From: an uncultured Acholeplasmatales bacterium
GTDB lineage: Bacteria; Bacillota_I; Bacilli_A; Acholeplasmatales; Anaeroplasmataceae
Direction of reading: 5' to 3'
Length of the DNA stretch: 64,000 nt
Assembly (NCBI GenBank): GCA_944324705.1
Contig: CALUXI010000005.1
Coordinates: 7,288-71,287, forward strand
Below are positions 17,466 to 26,703 of this stretch, one piece after another. How positions within the stretch are numbered: the stretch's first letter is position 1; the number at the start of each line of letters is the position of its first letter. Below the pieces are notes generated by a model. It had not been told where the DNA came from, did not search any database, and saw nothing but the letters and a program-made list of their open reading frames with translations. Position numbers and translations under genes: made by a program.

Positions 17466-19130
17466 TTATTTAATTTTTTTGAAATTTCTCTCTTTTATAA
17501 ACTCATCTAACTTTTTGTCCTTAATGCTCGTATATCTAAAAGACTTAATTCTATTTTCTGCATTTGACATAACTATTCCTATTTGCATATATCTTTCTTT
17601 TTTGCTTAATGGAATTAATAATGTTAAATTATTTTTACCATATTTTTCATCATTATCATTAACATATACATTTTCAGGATTATCTAATGCATTTTTAATT
17701 ACATTTATATAATTTGGAACTTTTTCTAAAATCTCAGGATGTCTATCTAATGCGTGAATAACATTATTTTCATCTTTAATTAATGTAAAGTGATTACTAA
17801 AAGATATTTTTTTATTTTTTCTATAATGTTTAGTCCAATTAAATTTTGCTTTGAATTTGAATACATACCTATCTTCATTTTGTTTTAGAACTATATTTTT
17901 ATTGTTTAATGAACCACGTTCATAAATATTGCCCATGTTTCTATCATTTGATTCAAAACTTATAGCCCCACTTTTAAGTCCCTCACGTTCTTCAAGGCTT
18001 ATACGTGTTCGCCACTCAGCAACAGCATAATCATGTTCTTTACAATACTGCCAATATTCTTTTTCTAAAGCTTGTGCATTTTGACGAGCTTTTTTTCTTT
18101 CTTCTTTATTAGGTAATATAAGAGCTTTTCTTTTTTCCTTACGGATGTTGTTTTCCATATTTCTAATATAAGTTTCCTTGCTACGTTCATTTTGAATTCG
18201 CCTAGCTGGGTATTCCCTTGGCATAGTCATACCTTTTTCGTAACGAACTAAATGATGTCGGCAGTTATAACCTAAAAAACCGTGTGACATTGCTTCTTTA
18301 AGTGAATAATAATCTTTACCATCTGGTGTTTTACCTCTAGGTTCTGGCTCACCATTATAGTGATTATCTTTTATCTCTACACTACCTACTTCAGCATCTA
18401 AAATAAATATTTTACCTTGCCAAGGTTGACATCTAGAACTTGCATTAACATGTGATGTAGCTACTACATATGTAACACCATTATTTTTTAGCTTTTTTAT
18501 ATCCTTTACTTGTTCCTCGTATCTAACTTGCATTTCGGCTAAATTTCTTACAGACATTCGTCTGCCACGCCTATCACGAAGAACTACATTTAATCCTGCT
18601 AGTCTTATTATTTCTTGATTAACTCTTTTTTGATAATCTTCAATAAACATTTGAGAATAGCCGGTTTCCCACGTTGTAAAAAAATCACGAATATTTTTTA
18701 CTGCTCCTTCTTCTAAATTGTCGCCTAATTCAATATCTCTACTATCTCTCATACCAGTTAAACCTAAACTAATAATTAAGCTTTTACCATTAGCTTTAGG
18801 CACAATACCTGTAATAGATTTATAGCTTAATGCATAATACGGATTTTTCTTTTTCTTTGCTTCGTTTAAGAGTTTAGCTGTTATATCATTATACCAACGC
18901 ATAAATGATCCTTTTAAACCTATTTCAGTTTTACTTATTAAACTAGAATCTGCATCGTGATCTTGAAGTTGCTTTATGCAATCATTAATGATTTGTCTAG
19001 CCTGATTGCCTATCATTTCTTTTTGAAGAATGCTTGTGACAGCAGTTGATAGTAGTTGCTTTAATTTGGTATTGGCATCTTCTATTATCTCTACAATTAC
19101 ATAATCATCATTGTTGTCATTAACTGGCAT
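17466..19130 (-). CDS. MuF/SPP1 gp7-family head morphogenesis protein with a C-terminal extension
   Basis: 554 aa with the FLGYNCRHHL motif. Start is coupled to the portal stop (TAATG). About 150 extra C-terminal aa. Confidence 0.65.
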   Translation of the reverse strand: MPVNDNNDDYVIVEIIEDANTKLKQLLSTAVTSILQKEMIGNQARQIINDCIKQLQDHDADSSLISKTEIGLKGSFMRWYNDITAKLLNEAKKKKNPYYALSYKSITGIVPKANGKSLIISLGLTGMRDSRDIELGDNLEEGAVKNIRDFFTTWETGYSQMFIEDYQKRVNQEIIRLAGLNVVLRDRRGRRMSVRNLAEMQVRYEEQVKDIKKLKNNGVTYVVATSHVNASSRCQPWQGKIFILDAEVGSVEIKDNHYNGEPEPRGKTPDGKDYYSLKEAMSHGFLGYNCRHHLVRYEKGMTMPREYPARRIQNERSKETYIRNMENNIRKEKRKALILPNKEERKKARQNAQALEKEYWQYCKEHDYAVAEWRTRISLEEREGLKSGAISFESNDRNMGNIYERGSLNNKNIVLKQNEDRYVFKFKAKFNWTKHYRKNKKISFSNHFTLIKDENNVIHALDRHPEILEKVPNYINVIKNALDNPENVYVNDNDEKYGKNNLTLLIPLSKKERYMQIGIVMSNAENRIKSFRYTSIKDKKLDEFIKERNFKKIK

Positions 19131-20680
19131 TAATTGCTACCACCAAACATACTATCAAAAGCACCATTTGTTGCACTACTATCTCGCTCATCATTTATTC
19201 TTTCTATTTCTGCATCAACTTCTACCTCTGACCAATCAGTATGTATTGATTTAATAGCTGTTTTTAAACTAATTAATCCTGCTTGATATTGTTGCATTAC
19301 AAGTGACTGATTTTGTACTTTATTGATAATAGAGCTAGGGTCAAACACAACAAATAGACGAGTTTCTGTAAATCCTAATTCAGTAGCTATATCATTTAGC
19401 ATTTTATTAAGCTCATCTTTTAATAAAGCTCTTTTTTCTTTAACTGTATTAGCTGTGATATCTGATAAGTAATCAACTTCAGTTGCTGTTCTTTGTGCTC
19501 CACCAATTAAGGTAGGATCAAAGTCTAATATTGATAAACCACATCTAATACACACTTTAGCTTCAGCTTCTTCTAGTGATAACTTCCACTGATCTGCTCT
19601 TAGATCAAATTGCACTTTATCAATTGGCGCTTTTTTATCAATGTTATTTGTTTCATCTTGAAATGGAGTCATAAATGAATAATCAAGTTGTGTCACTTTA
19701 TTTCTTTTTAATAAACCATTGTTTACTTGATTATAACGTGGTAGTAAAACTCTACCTCTACCGATATACTTATCGATTTCTTGATAGGTCATAGAGTTTT
19801 CAAGTGCCATCATAAAACCTGTAGCATTTATAAATTGTGATTCACCAATATCAGTGTATCTTGCTAGCTTATTAACTGCCGTGTTCTTAAATCGATACAC
19901 ACCTAGTGAATTAATAGCTTTAGGCTTATTAATTTCAATGTCACCTATTTGTTCTTTTATTTTACTTGGAATATTATCTACTTCTAACTTATACCTCTTA
20001 ACTTCCTTTTTTAGCAGTCCTATTTGTGAGCCCCAGATGTTTTTTACAACATTGTATTCAACATAAGGTGTTTTTACTCCATCCCTCATTTTGTAAAAAC
20101 GATGCTCTAAAAATAAAAAACTTGAATAAGAGTCTTCGCCTTCAAACATATTCTTAAATAAAAATGCTTCATATATTTCTCCATTAACTTCTCTCTTGAT
20201 GATATATCTGCCAAGTGGATATACATCAATAGTCATTTTATTGCCACTATCTTCTTCAACAAGATTCGTAGAAACGACTGCCTCTCCACGTGCTAGTACA
20301 TCTGATTCCATTTTCATAATCGAATTAGAAAAATCAATGATTGCATCTTTTACATTTGAAACATCTTCATCATTTTCTCCTTCGATAGATATATTACCTA
20401 CTATCTTCGAAATTAAAATATTAGCTATAACTGGGCACGTTTTAGAATTAAGGCTCTGATAATGTATCATCGGGACAAATCCCATCGCCCATTGATTAGC
20501 AAGTAAATTATTATAAATAGCTCTTCTTTCATATGGTTCAAACATTATAAGATATATTTCATCTTCTATTCCTTTGGCTTCTGGTAAGGTTTTAAGCATT
20601 TGACGTGAATTTAAAGGTAGATAATCTTGTTCATTTAAACCGAGCGCATCATATATTGGCTTATTTTCAATATTTGACAT
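19130..20680 (-). CDS. portal protein
   Basis: 516 aa, between the terminase and MuF genes; GAGGAGG RBS. Confidence 0.6.
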   Translation of the reverse strand: MSNIENKPIYDALGLNEQDYLPLNSRQMLKTLPEAKGIEDEIYLIMFEPYERRAIYNNLLANQWAMGFVPMIHYQSLNSKTCPVIANILISKIVGNISIEGENDEDVSNVKDAIIDFSNSIMKMESDVLARGEAVVSTNLVEEDSGNKMTIDVYPLGRYIIKREVNGEIYEAFLFKNMFEGEDSYSSFLFLEHRFYKMRDGVKTPYVEYNVVKNIWGSQIGLLKKEVKRYKLEVDNIPSKIKEQIGDIEINKPKAINSLGVYRFKNTAVNKLARYTDIGESQFINATGFMMALENSMTYQEIDKYIGRGRVLLPRYNQVNNGLLKRNKVTQLDYSFMTPFQDETNNIDKKAPIDKVQFDLRADQWKLSLEEAEAKVCIRCGLSILDFDPTLIGGAQRTATEVDYLSDITANTVKEKRALLKDELNKMLNDIATELGFTETRLFVVFDPSSIINKVQNQSLVMQQYQAGLISLKTAIKSIHTDWSEVEVDAEIERINDERDSSATNGAFDSMFGGSN

Positions 20681-20697
20681 TAAATTACCTCCTCGTA

Positions 20698-20925
20698 TTA
20701 TAGTTTGCTTAATTCAGCCTGTAAATCTCTTCTCTCTTTTTCTAACTGTTTTAATTGAGCATGCAATTTGTCTTGTTTTGCAATGTTTATTGCATAATTT
20801 CTATCCTTAATCGGATTTAATTTACTAGCTTCCTTTTCTAATTGTTTGATTTTAGCAAACACATCATTTATTTGTCTAGAATTCTCTGATAATTTCATTT
20901 TGATTTGATTCACTGTCATTGGCAT
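20698..20925 (-). CDS. small coiled-coil phage protein
   Basis: 75 aa, between the terminase and portal genes. Confidence 0.35.
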   Translation of the reverse strand: MPMTVNQIKMKLSENSRQINDVFAKIKQLEKEASKLNPIKDRNYAINIAKQDKLHAQLKQLEKERRDLQAELSKL

Positions 20926-20942
20926 TCAATTTCACCTCCTCC

Positions 20943-22346
20943 TTAAATTGCTTTTACTGCATATTTTGTCGCATCTATCATATGGTCATTGCCATCAATA
21001 GGCTTATTTGTCTTTTCATCTATCATTAAACTTAATGTTTCAACGATTAACATATCATCATCGCCAAGCATTCTAAAATTAGGGTGCTCATAGCTTTTCT
21101 TACTTGGAATAGTTAACGGGTCAACATACCCAGCATTTATGGTTATAAAATAATCAGGAACCGTATAAACATTTTGAAGCCTACGCATATCAAGTATTAC
21201 ATCTTTTTGCCCAACTGACATCGCATGATATTTAGTTGAGTTATTAAACTCAAGCATCATATCTTGGCTAGCACTATCTACGATAATTCTAATATCTAGA
21301 ACAGCTCCCAATTTGTAATACCATAGCCAGTAATCAAGCCAAGCCTCCATTAACTTAACTTGAATTGTAGGTGCTAAAGGACTATGCCCCCAATTAGCAG
21401 GATCATAATAATATCCTGGTAACCTTACAATTCTACCCATTGTAGTAATACATAAAATTGATAGTGTGGTTGCATCTATGATAGTACCAACATCACATCC
21501 AACTATAATTCTTGATACTCTTTCTATTGGATAAAATGCAAACTTCTTTATATCAATAACGTGCTTATTAACATCAAACATCGGATAGCATAAACCATCT
21601 GTCCCTACTACTTCTCCTAGGAATATGTTTTGATATTCTTTAAAATTTCGTTTTTTAGTGATTTCTGCTTCTTCGTAAAGTTCATCTCGTAGTATTCCTT
21701 TTGGCACTTGTAAGTAGGTAGAATGGTGAATCACCCTATCTTTTCTTTGATAGTGATATTCAATGTTAAGCCAGTGATTAAGTTCAGGCTTAGGGTTTGC
21801 AGTTCTAAAAACAACAAATCCATCAAATTTATAATCTTGATTAGAACGCATACAAGATAGAAGTATGCTTTGTATATCACTAGCTTTTTTAAACTCCTGT
21901 GTCTCTTCAAACCATATGTATTTTATATATCCTTTAGCAAACGTTATTGATTTTAATTTAGTAGGGTCATCACAACCATCAAATCTTATATATTGTGGGG
22001 TATCACTGTTTGGTAAATAGATTAATCTTTTGGGTACTCTTTGACGTTTCCATAAATGATTAACATCAAGCTTATCAATAGCTCTTTGCACTTGTTCTAT
22101 AACTGAACCCTCTAAACTTGTAGCTGTCATTCTTAATGCTAGTGCATGACTAATAATGCCACGTTCCCTATCTCGCATTATTCCAAGCACTAACTCTTCA
22201 GCAGTAAAGTAAGATTTCCCACTAGCACGCCCACCTTTCAAATCATAGTAGGTGTATTTTTTATTAGCTATATCAACATGTATTTGCCAAAATGCAGGAA
22301 GTATTAAATTTGATATATCTACCTTAGTCTTCCTTTGAACCTTCAT
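20943..22346 (-). CDS. terL: terminase large subunit (PBSX-like family)
   Basis: Walker A GGRASGKS near the N-terminus, and a C-terminal nuclease-like region. ATG at 22346 follows AAGGTG. Confidence 0.8.
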   Translation of the reverse strand: MKVQRKTKVDISNLILPAFWQIHVDIANKKYTYYDLKGGRASGKSYFTAEELVLGIMRDRERGIISHALALRMTATSLEGSVIEQVQRAIDKLDVNHLWKRQRVPKRLIYLPNSDTPQYIRFDGCDDPTKLKSITFAKGYIKYIWFEETQEFKKASDIQSILLSCMRSNQDYKFDGFVVFRTANPKPELNHWLNIEYHYQRKDRVIHHSTYLQVPKGILRDELYEEAEITKKRNFKEYQNIFLGEVVGTDGLCYPMFDVNKHVIDIKKFAFYPIERVSRIIVGCDVGTIIDATTLSILCITTMGRIVRLPGYYYDPANWGHSPLAPTIQVKLMEAWLDYWLWYYKLGAVLDIRIIVDSASQDMMLEFNNSTKYHAMSVGQKDVILDMRRLQNVYTVPDYFITINAGYVDPLTIPSKKSYEHPNFRMLGDDDMLIVETLSLMIDEKTNKPIDGNDHMIDATKYAVKAI

Positions 22347-22884
22347 TTTTAGCACCTTGTTCTTCTAATTTTTGTTTTATGTCATCTACAAACTCGATAC
22401 TACCTATCTTGTTAAGTTCATCATTTAAGTTCTTCATATTTAAGTCAAGACCTTTCTCAATAAATTTATCATCGTAATTTCTCAAGAGCATAGCACATGC
22501 TCTTTCATTTGGCGGGTAGTAATGTTCGACTACTTCTTGATGAACTATGACTCCATTCTTTCTTATTATTTTTGATTCGGTTTCTTTATAACCTAAAGCT
22601 TGTTTGAGTAAGCTAGCTTTGATTTCTAAAACAAGTTGTCGTGCGCCCGTGCGTAAAGCCTCGTTTAAATCGCTGTGCTCATTTTTCCAACGGTGCAACG
22701 TAGAAACATTAACACCTAAAACATCTGCTATTTCTTTATTAGTAGCACCTAATTTGACCCAATTTTTAATATTACTGAGATAAGGCTTAACATTATTTTC
22801 ATAACTAGATTTCTTAGATTTATTATGATTAACATCAGTTAGCATTCGATTTATTTGAGCATCTTTTTCAAGTACTTCTGACAT
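22324..22884 (-). CDS. terS: terminase small subunit (HTH)
   Basis: HTH segment NKEIADVLGVNVSTLHRWK; overlaps the terL start. Confidence 0.6.
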   Translation of the reverse strand: MSEVLEKDAQINRMLTDVNHNKSKKSSYENNVKPYLSNIKNWVKLGATNKEIADVLGVNVSTLHRWKNEHSDLNEALRTGARQLVLEIKASLLKQALGYKETESKIIRKNGVIVHQEVVEHYYPPNERACAMLLRNYDDKFIEKGLDLNMKNLNDELNKIGSIEFVDDIKQKLEEQGAKNEGSKED

Positions 22885-22962
22885 AATAATTAAGCCTCAC
22901 CTTCTTTCTTTTATTTTTAATTTTCTTTCTTAATATTACCTTTAATTAATAATTAAATATAT

Positions 22963-24072
22963 TTATTTAATATTACTTAGTAATTTATTAATTATATTAT
23001 TATTTAAATATTCCCAAGGGTATTTATTGTTACTAAAGTGACCGTAAGAAGCTAATGTTGAATAACTAGTAATATCTTTTAGTTTTAATTCTTCAATCAT
23101 ATTCTTTGGCGTAAAATCAAAAGTTTTTAAAACTGCATTATAAATCTTTCTAGCATTTACTTTATTAGTTCCAAAAAACTCAATGTTAATACTTACTGGT
23201 TCTGATTTACCAATGCAGTAAGCTACAGATACTTCACATCTTTTAGCCAAATTAGCAGTTACTATTGCTCTAGCAACATACCTAGCATAATAAGCACCAC
23301 TTCTATCAACTTTACTAGGGTCTTTACCACTAAAAGCTCCACCACCATGATGTGCTAAACCACCATATGTATCAACCATTAACTTTCTGCCTGTTAAACC
23401 ACTGTCAGCATCAGGACCACCTACTAAAAAAATACCAGTAGGATTAATTAATATTTGTGCATCTTTGTAAAAGTTGGTATCTATAACTTTACTGATACAT
23501 TCACTAATAATTAATTCTTTTAAAACATTTAGATCTATTTCTTTTTTAGTTTGAGTTGATATAACTATAGTTGTTACTTTTATAGCTTTGTTATTTCGAT
23601 ATAAAACTGATACTTGGCATTTGCCATCTGGAGCTAATAATTCAGGATACATATGTCTTACTTCTTCCATTTGCACTGATATTTTTCTTGCTAAAATGTA
23701 AGGTAAAGGTAGCATTTCTTCTGTTTCATCCGTTGCATATCCATACACTATCCCTTGGTCACCAGCACCATCTAGATCTACCCCTTTAGCAATATCAGGA
23801 CTTTGAATAGTGATGTTTTTTATTATTTCAAATGAGGATTTATAACCTATTTCATTTAATTTTTCTCTTACGATTTTGTCATAATCTAAATTGGCTTTAG
23901 TGGTAATCTCACCAAGTAAATATACTTGATGCTGTTTAATTGCTGTTTCAATTGCCACTCTTGAATTTTTATCTTGTTTTAGACATTCATCTAAAATAAC
24001 ATCACTTATTTGGTCACATACTTTATCTGGATGACCTCTAAATACTGATTCACTAGTTATTATTTTTTCCAT
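22963..24072 (-). CDS. metK: S-adenosylmethionine synthetase (phage-encoded MetK)
   Basis: GHPDKVCDQISD, GAGDQG and GGGAFSGKDPSKVDRS motifs. The ATG lies 1 nt after the methyltransferase stop codon. Confidence 0.9.
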   Translation of the reverse strand: MEKIITSESVFRGHPDKVCDQISDVILDECLKQDKNSRVAIETAIKQHQVYLLGEITTKANLDYDKIVREKLNEIGYKSSFEIIKNITIQSPDIAKGVDLDGAGDQGIVYGYATDETEEMLPLPYILARKISVQMEEVRHMYPELLAPDGKCQVSVLYRNNKAIKVTTIVISTQTKKEIDLNVLKELIISECISKVIDTNFYKDAQILINPTGIFLVGGPDADSGLTGRKLMVDTYGGLAHHGGGAFSGKDPSKVDRSGAYYARYVARAIVTANLAKRCEVSVAYCIGKSEPVSINIEFFGTNKVNARKIYNAVLKTFDFTPKNMIEELKLKDITSYSTLASYGHFSNNKYPWEYLNNNIINKLLSNIK

Positions 24073-24073
24073 T

Positions 24074-25308
24074 TTAAACACTTATTAATCCTTTCTCTCT
24101 TTCTTCTTTTATGATTTCAAGTTCGCTAAGTTTATAATTCTTACCCTCTCGAATTAAATAGCAATCATCTATATTTTCTTTTGATTGAGCATATCTTTTA
24201 ACGATAACATCAGTGTATCTTTCATCAAGTTCCATTGTATAGCAAATTCTATCTAGTTGGTCACTTGCTATTAAAGTGCTACCAGAACCGCCAAATAAAT
24301 CAAGCACAATTTCACCTATCTTACTAGAATTACTTATAGCCTTACCAACTAACTCTAGTGGTTTCATCGTTGGATGTAAACTGTTGCTTTTAGGTTTTGA
24401 AACTTCCCACACTGTATCTTGAGTTCTATCATCGATAAAATAATGACTTGCCCCCTCTTTCCAACCATAGAGAATAGGCTCGTGTCGCCAATGATAATCT
24501 TGTCTTCCTAAAACAAGTGAATTCTTAACCCAAATTAAGCATTCTGCAATTTTAAAACCTGCTTCTTTAAATGCACGCCTAAAATTAAGTCCTTCACTAT
24601 CGGCATGACAGCAATATATAACCCCCCCGATTTGATATTTTCAAACATATTTTTAAATGCAGATAGTAAAAAATTATAGAAGTCACTATCACTTTGCTTA
24701 TCGTTTTGGATTTTCATACCGTCTTGTCCTTCGTAATCCACATTGTACGGAGGGTCAGTAAAAATTAAATCTGCTAAATTATTATTCATTAATTCTTTGA
24801 CATCATCAGCTAGAGTTGAATCACCACACATTACTCTATGTTTGCCTAGAACGTAAATGTCGCCCTTCATAGAAAAAGGCACTTCAGGAATTAGTGCCTC
24901 TTCATCAAAATTATCATCTACAACTTCTTTTTGTAAAAGCTCCGTTAAATCATCAAATCCAAATTGTGTCATGCCTATATTATCAAGCTCTTTTAGCTCA
25001 GACACTAACTTATCAAAATCCCACTCAGCCAATTCAGACGTTTTATTATCGGCAATTCTAAATGCTTTTATTTGTTCTTCAGTTAAATCATCTGCTACGA
25101 TACATGGTACTTCTTTAAAACCTAACTTCTTACTAGCTTTTAATCTTGTATGACCTGCTACTATGACGTTGTTTTTATCAACAATAATAGGAACTTTAAA
25201 ACCAAATTCACGGATAGAATTAGCTACTGCCTCTACTGCATCATCATTTTTTCTAGGGTTATTTTCATAAGCTATTAAATCATTAATATTTTTAAAAGTT
25301 ATTTCCAT
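24074..25308 (-). pseudogene. ParB-like nuclease domain / DNA methyltransferase fusion, interrupted by a frameshift in a G7 tract
   Basis: N-part has a ParB-like domain plus DPPYN. C-part has HPTMKP and FGGSGST. Adding one G at 24622-24628 restores a continuous 411-aa frame (..SGGVIYCCHADSEGLNFRRAFKEAGF..). Confidence 0.8.
24622..24628. repeat. C7/G7 homopolymer at the methyltransferase frameshift site
   Basis: acCCCCCCCga on the plus strand; unusual in this AT-rich sequence. Confidence 0.9.
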
Positions 25309-25330
25309 AAAAATCCTCACTTTTTTGCAA

Positions 25331-25359
25331 ATAAAAAAGAGCTTTTATACAGAGCTCTT
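25331..25359 (-). terminator. hairpin plus T-run in the leader just upstream of the methyltransferase start
   Basis: AAGAGC/GCTCTT stem followed by TTTTTTAT on the minus strand, ~20 nt before the RBS GAGGA. Confidence 0.4.
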
Positions 25360-25489
25360 GTAACTGTTAGGAATTAAAATCGATTAAATAAAAATAAATA
25401 GATCGTTGAAAGCAATGAAAACTAAAGTTTAAATTTAAAGAAGTCATCAACTTAATTTTTATAGATTAATTCCAAAAATCTACGATACT

Positions 25490-25534
25490 ATTATAACACA
25501 TATCATTGTTAGAAACTGTTAGAAAGTGTTAGAA
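25490..25534 (-). promoter_or_regulatory. late promoter: three 10-bp-phased TTCTAACA repeats plus an extended -10
   Basis: TGTTAGAA at 25507, 25517 and 25527 on the plus strand. TGTTATAAT on the minus strand at 25490-25498. Lies directly downstream of the sigma-like gene. Confidence 0.5.
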
Positions 25535-25557
25535 CTTTCAGTAATTTTTAACAAAAA

Positions 25558-25962
25558 TTAATGATTTAAACTCATTTTACATAATTTTTTATATGCTTGA
25601 GATTTAATCTGCCTCACATATCCATATGAGTAGTTCATCTTTTGGCTTATTTGAAATAGTGTCAACCCTTGAACATAGTATAACTGAATAATAATTTTAT
25701 CATCAGTTTTAGTTAAATGTTCTAAATACTCACCAATTCTATTTTCTATTTCAGTTATTTCTGTTTGTTTGTGTCGCCACTCACGTATTAGCTGACAATA
25801 TTGTGCATACTTTTCCTCAAGATCAGATGGAACACCACCAATAGTTCGTTCCCTAAATTGTGGACTTGATAAAAATCTACAGTTATCTATTTTATTCTCA
25901 AGTACTATCAATTCAAATTTCTTTGTTTTTAAATCTTTAACTAAAACTTCAAATTCACTCAT
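25558..25962 (-). CDS. sigma-70 region-4-like / ArpU-like late transcription regulator
   Basis: C-terminal HTH LTLFQISQKMNYSYGYVRQIKSQAYKKL. Lies upstream of the packaging genes. Confidence 0.55.
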   Translation of the reverse strand: MSEFEVLVKDLKTKKFELIVLENKIDNCRFLSSPQFRERTIGGVPSDLEEKYAQYCQLIREWRHKQTEITEIENRIGEYLEHLTKTDDKIIIQLYYVQGLTLFQISQKMNYSYGYVRQIKSQAYKKLCKMSLNH

Positions 25963-25965
25963 TAT

Positions 25966-26130
25966 TTATTTTTCCTTTCCCTCTGCAACTTTTATGTTAA
26001 TAGCCTCTTGCAAATCCTTTATTAACTCTTGATAACCTTTAACATCAGTGTTTTTAAAAAAATCTAAAACTATTTTTTTGGTGTTATTTCCAGATACTTC
26101 TAGTAATTTAATTAAAGTGTTTTTTTTCAT
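25966..26130 (-). CDS. hypothetical phage protein (54 aa from the ATG at 26130)
   Basis: AAGGAAG RBS before the internal ATG; the ORF-track start at 26166 is unlikely. Confidence 0.35.
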   Translation of the reverse strand: MKKNTLIKLLEVSGNNTKKIVLDFFKNTDVKGYQELIKDLQEAINIKVAEGKEK

Positions 26131-26429
26131 ATTTTTATTCTTCCTTTTTTTCTTTCCCAAAATCAATTAAAACACAAGTTAAAGCGTGGATTTAACTTGC
26201 ACTAATTTAAAAAAAGACCATACTAATAGGAGGATTTTTCACACCTCTTCTTTCTTTTTTATTTTTTTATTTAAATTGCCACGCTCAATTTAAACCATAG
26301 TAATTTAGATAAATATAAATATGACTAAAAATATTACTAATACTATAATTACACTAATAATTAAATGTATAAATACACTAATTAATGTGTATTTAATATT
26401 ACTTAGTCTATAATGTTTATAATTTTTAA

Positions 26430-26702
26430 CTAACACAAATTACCACCGAAAGAAACTAATTTCTCAGCATATAAGCCATCTTGTAAAATGCGCCCTTTAA
26501 TGCCCACCATTTGATTAATAAGCAATTTATTAATATCTGGCACATCAAATATCTTTTCTTTCTTAAAAACAAGCTTATCAAATTTTACTTTAATTTTGTG
26601 GTCGGTTTTGTCAACATTAGTATAAACCAAAGTCATATTCCTACCGAATAAAGTCTCTTCAACCTCAATACATCTGCCAACTATCATAAAATAACTATAC
26701 AT
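26430..26702 (-). CDS. hypothetical phage protein (90 aa)
   Basis: ORF in the early operon. Confidence 0.35.
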   Translation of the reverse strand: MYSYFMIVGRCIEVEETLFGRNMTLVYTNVDKTDHKIKVKFDKLVFKKEKIFDVPDINKLLINQMVGIKGRILQDGLYAEKLVSFGGNLC

Positions 26703-26703
26703 A

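Noticed and set aside
17416-17712. 98-aa plus-strand ORF
   Set aside because: Antisense to the MuF C-terminus and the structured element; no RBS.
19854-20459. Two plus-strand ORFs (19854-20066, 20196-20459)
   Set aside because: Antisense within the portal gene.
24857-25153. 98-aa plus-strand ORF
   Set aside because: Antisense within the ParB-methyltransferase gene; Ser-rich artefact.
25321-25490. SAM riboswitch in the leader of the methyltransferase-metK operon
   Set aside because: The leader is extremely AT-rich and lacks the conserved GC-rich cores of the SAM-I/II/III classes as I remember them. Only the terminator hairpin is clear.
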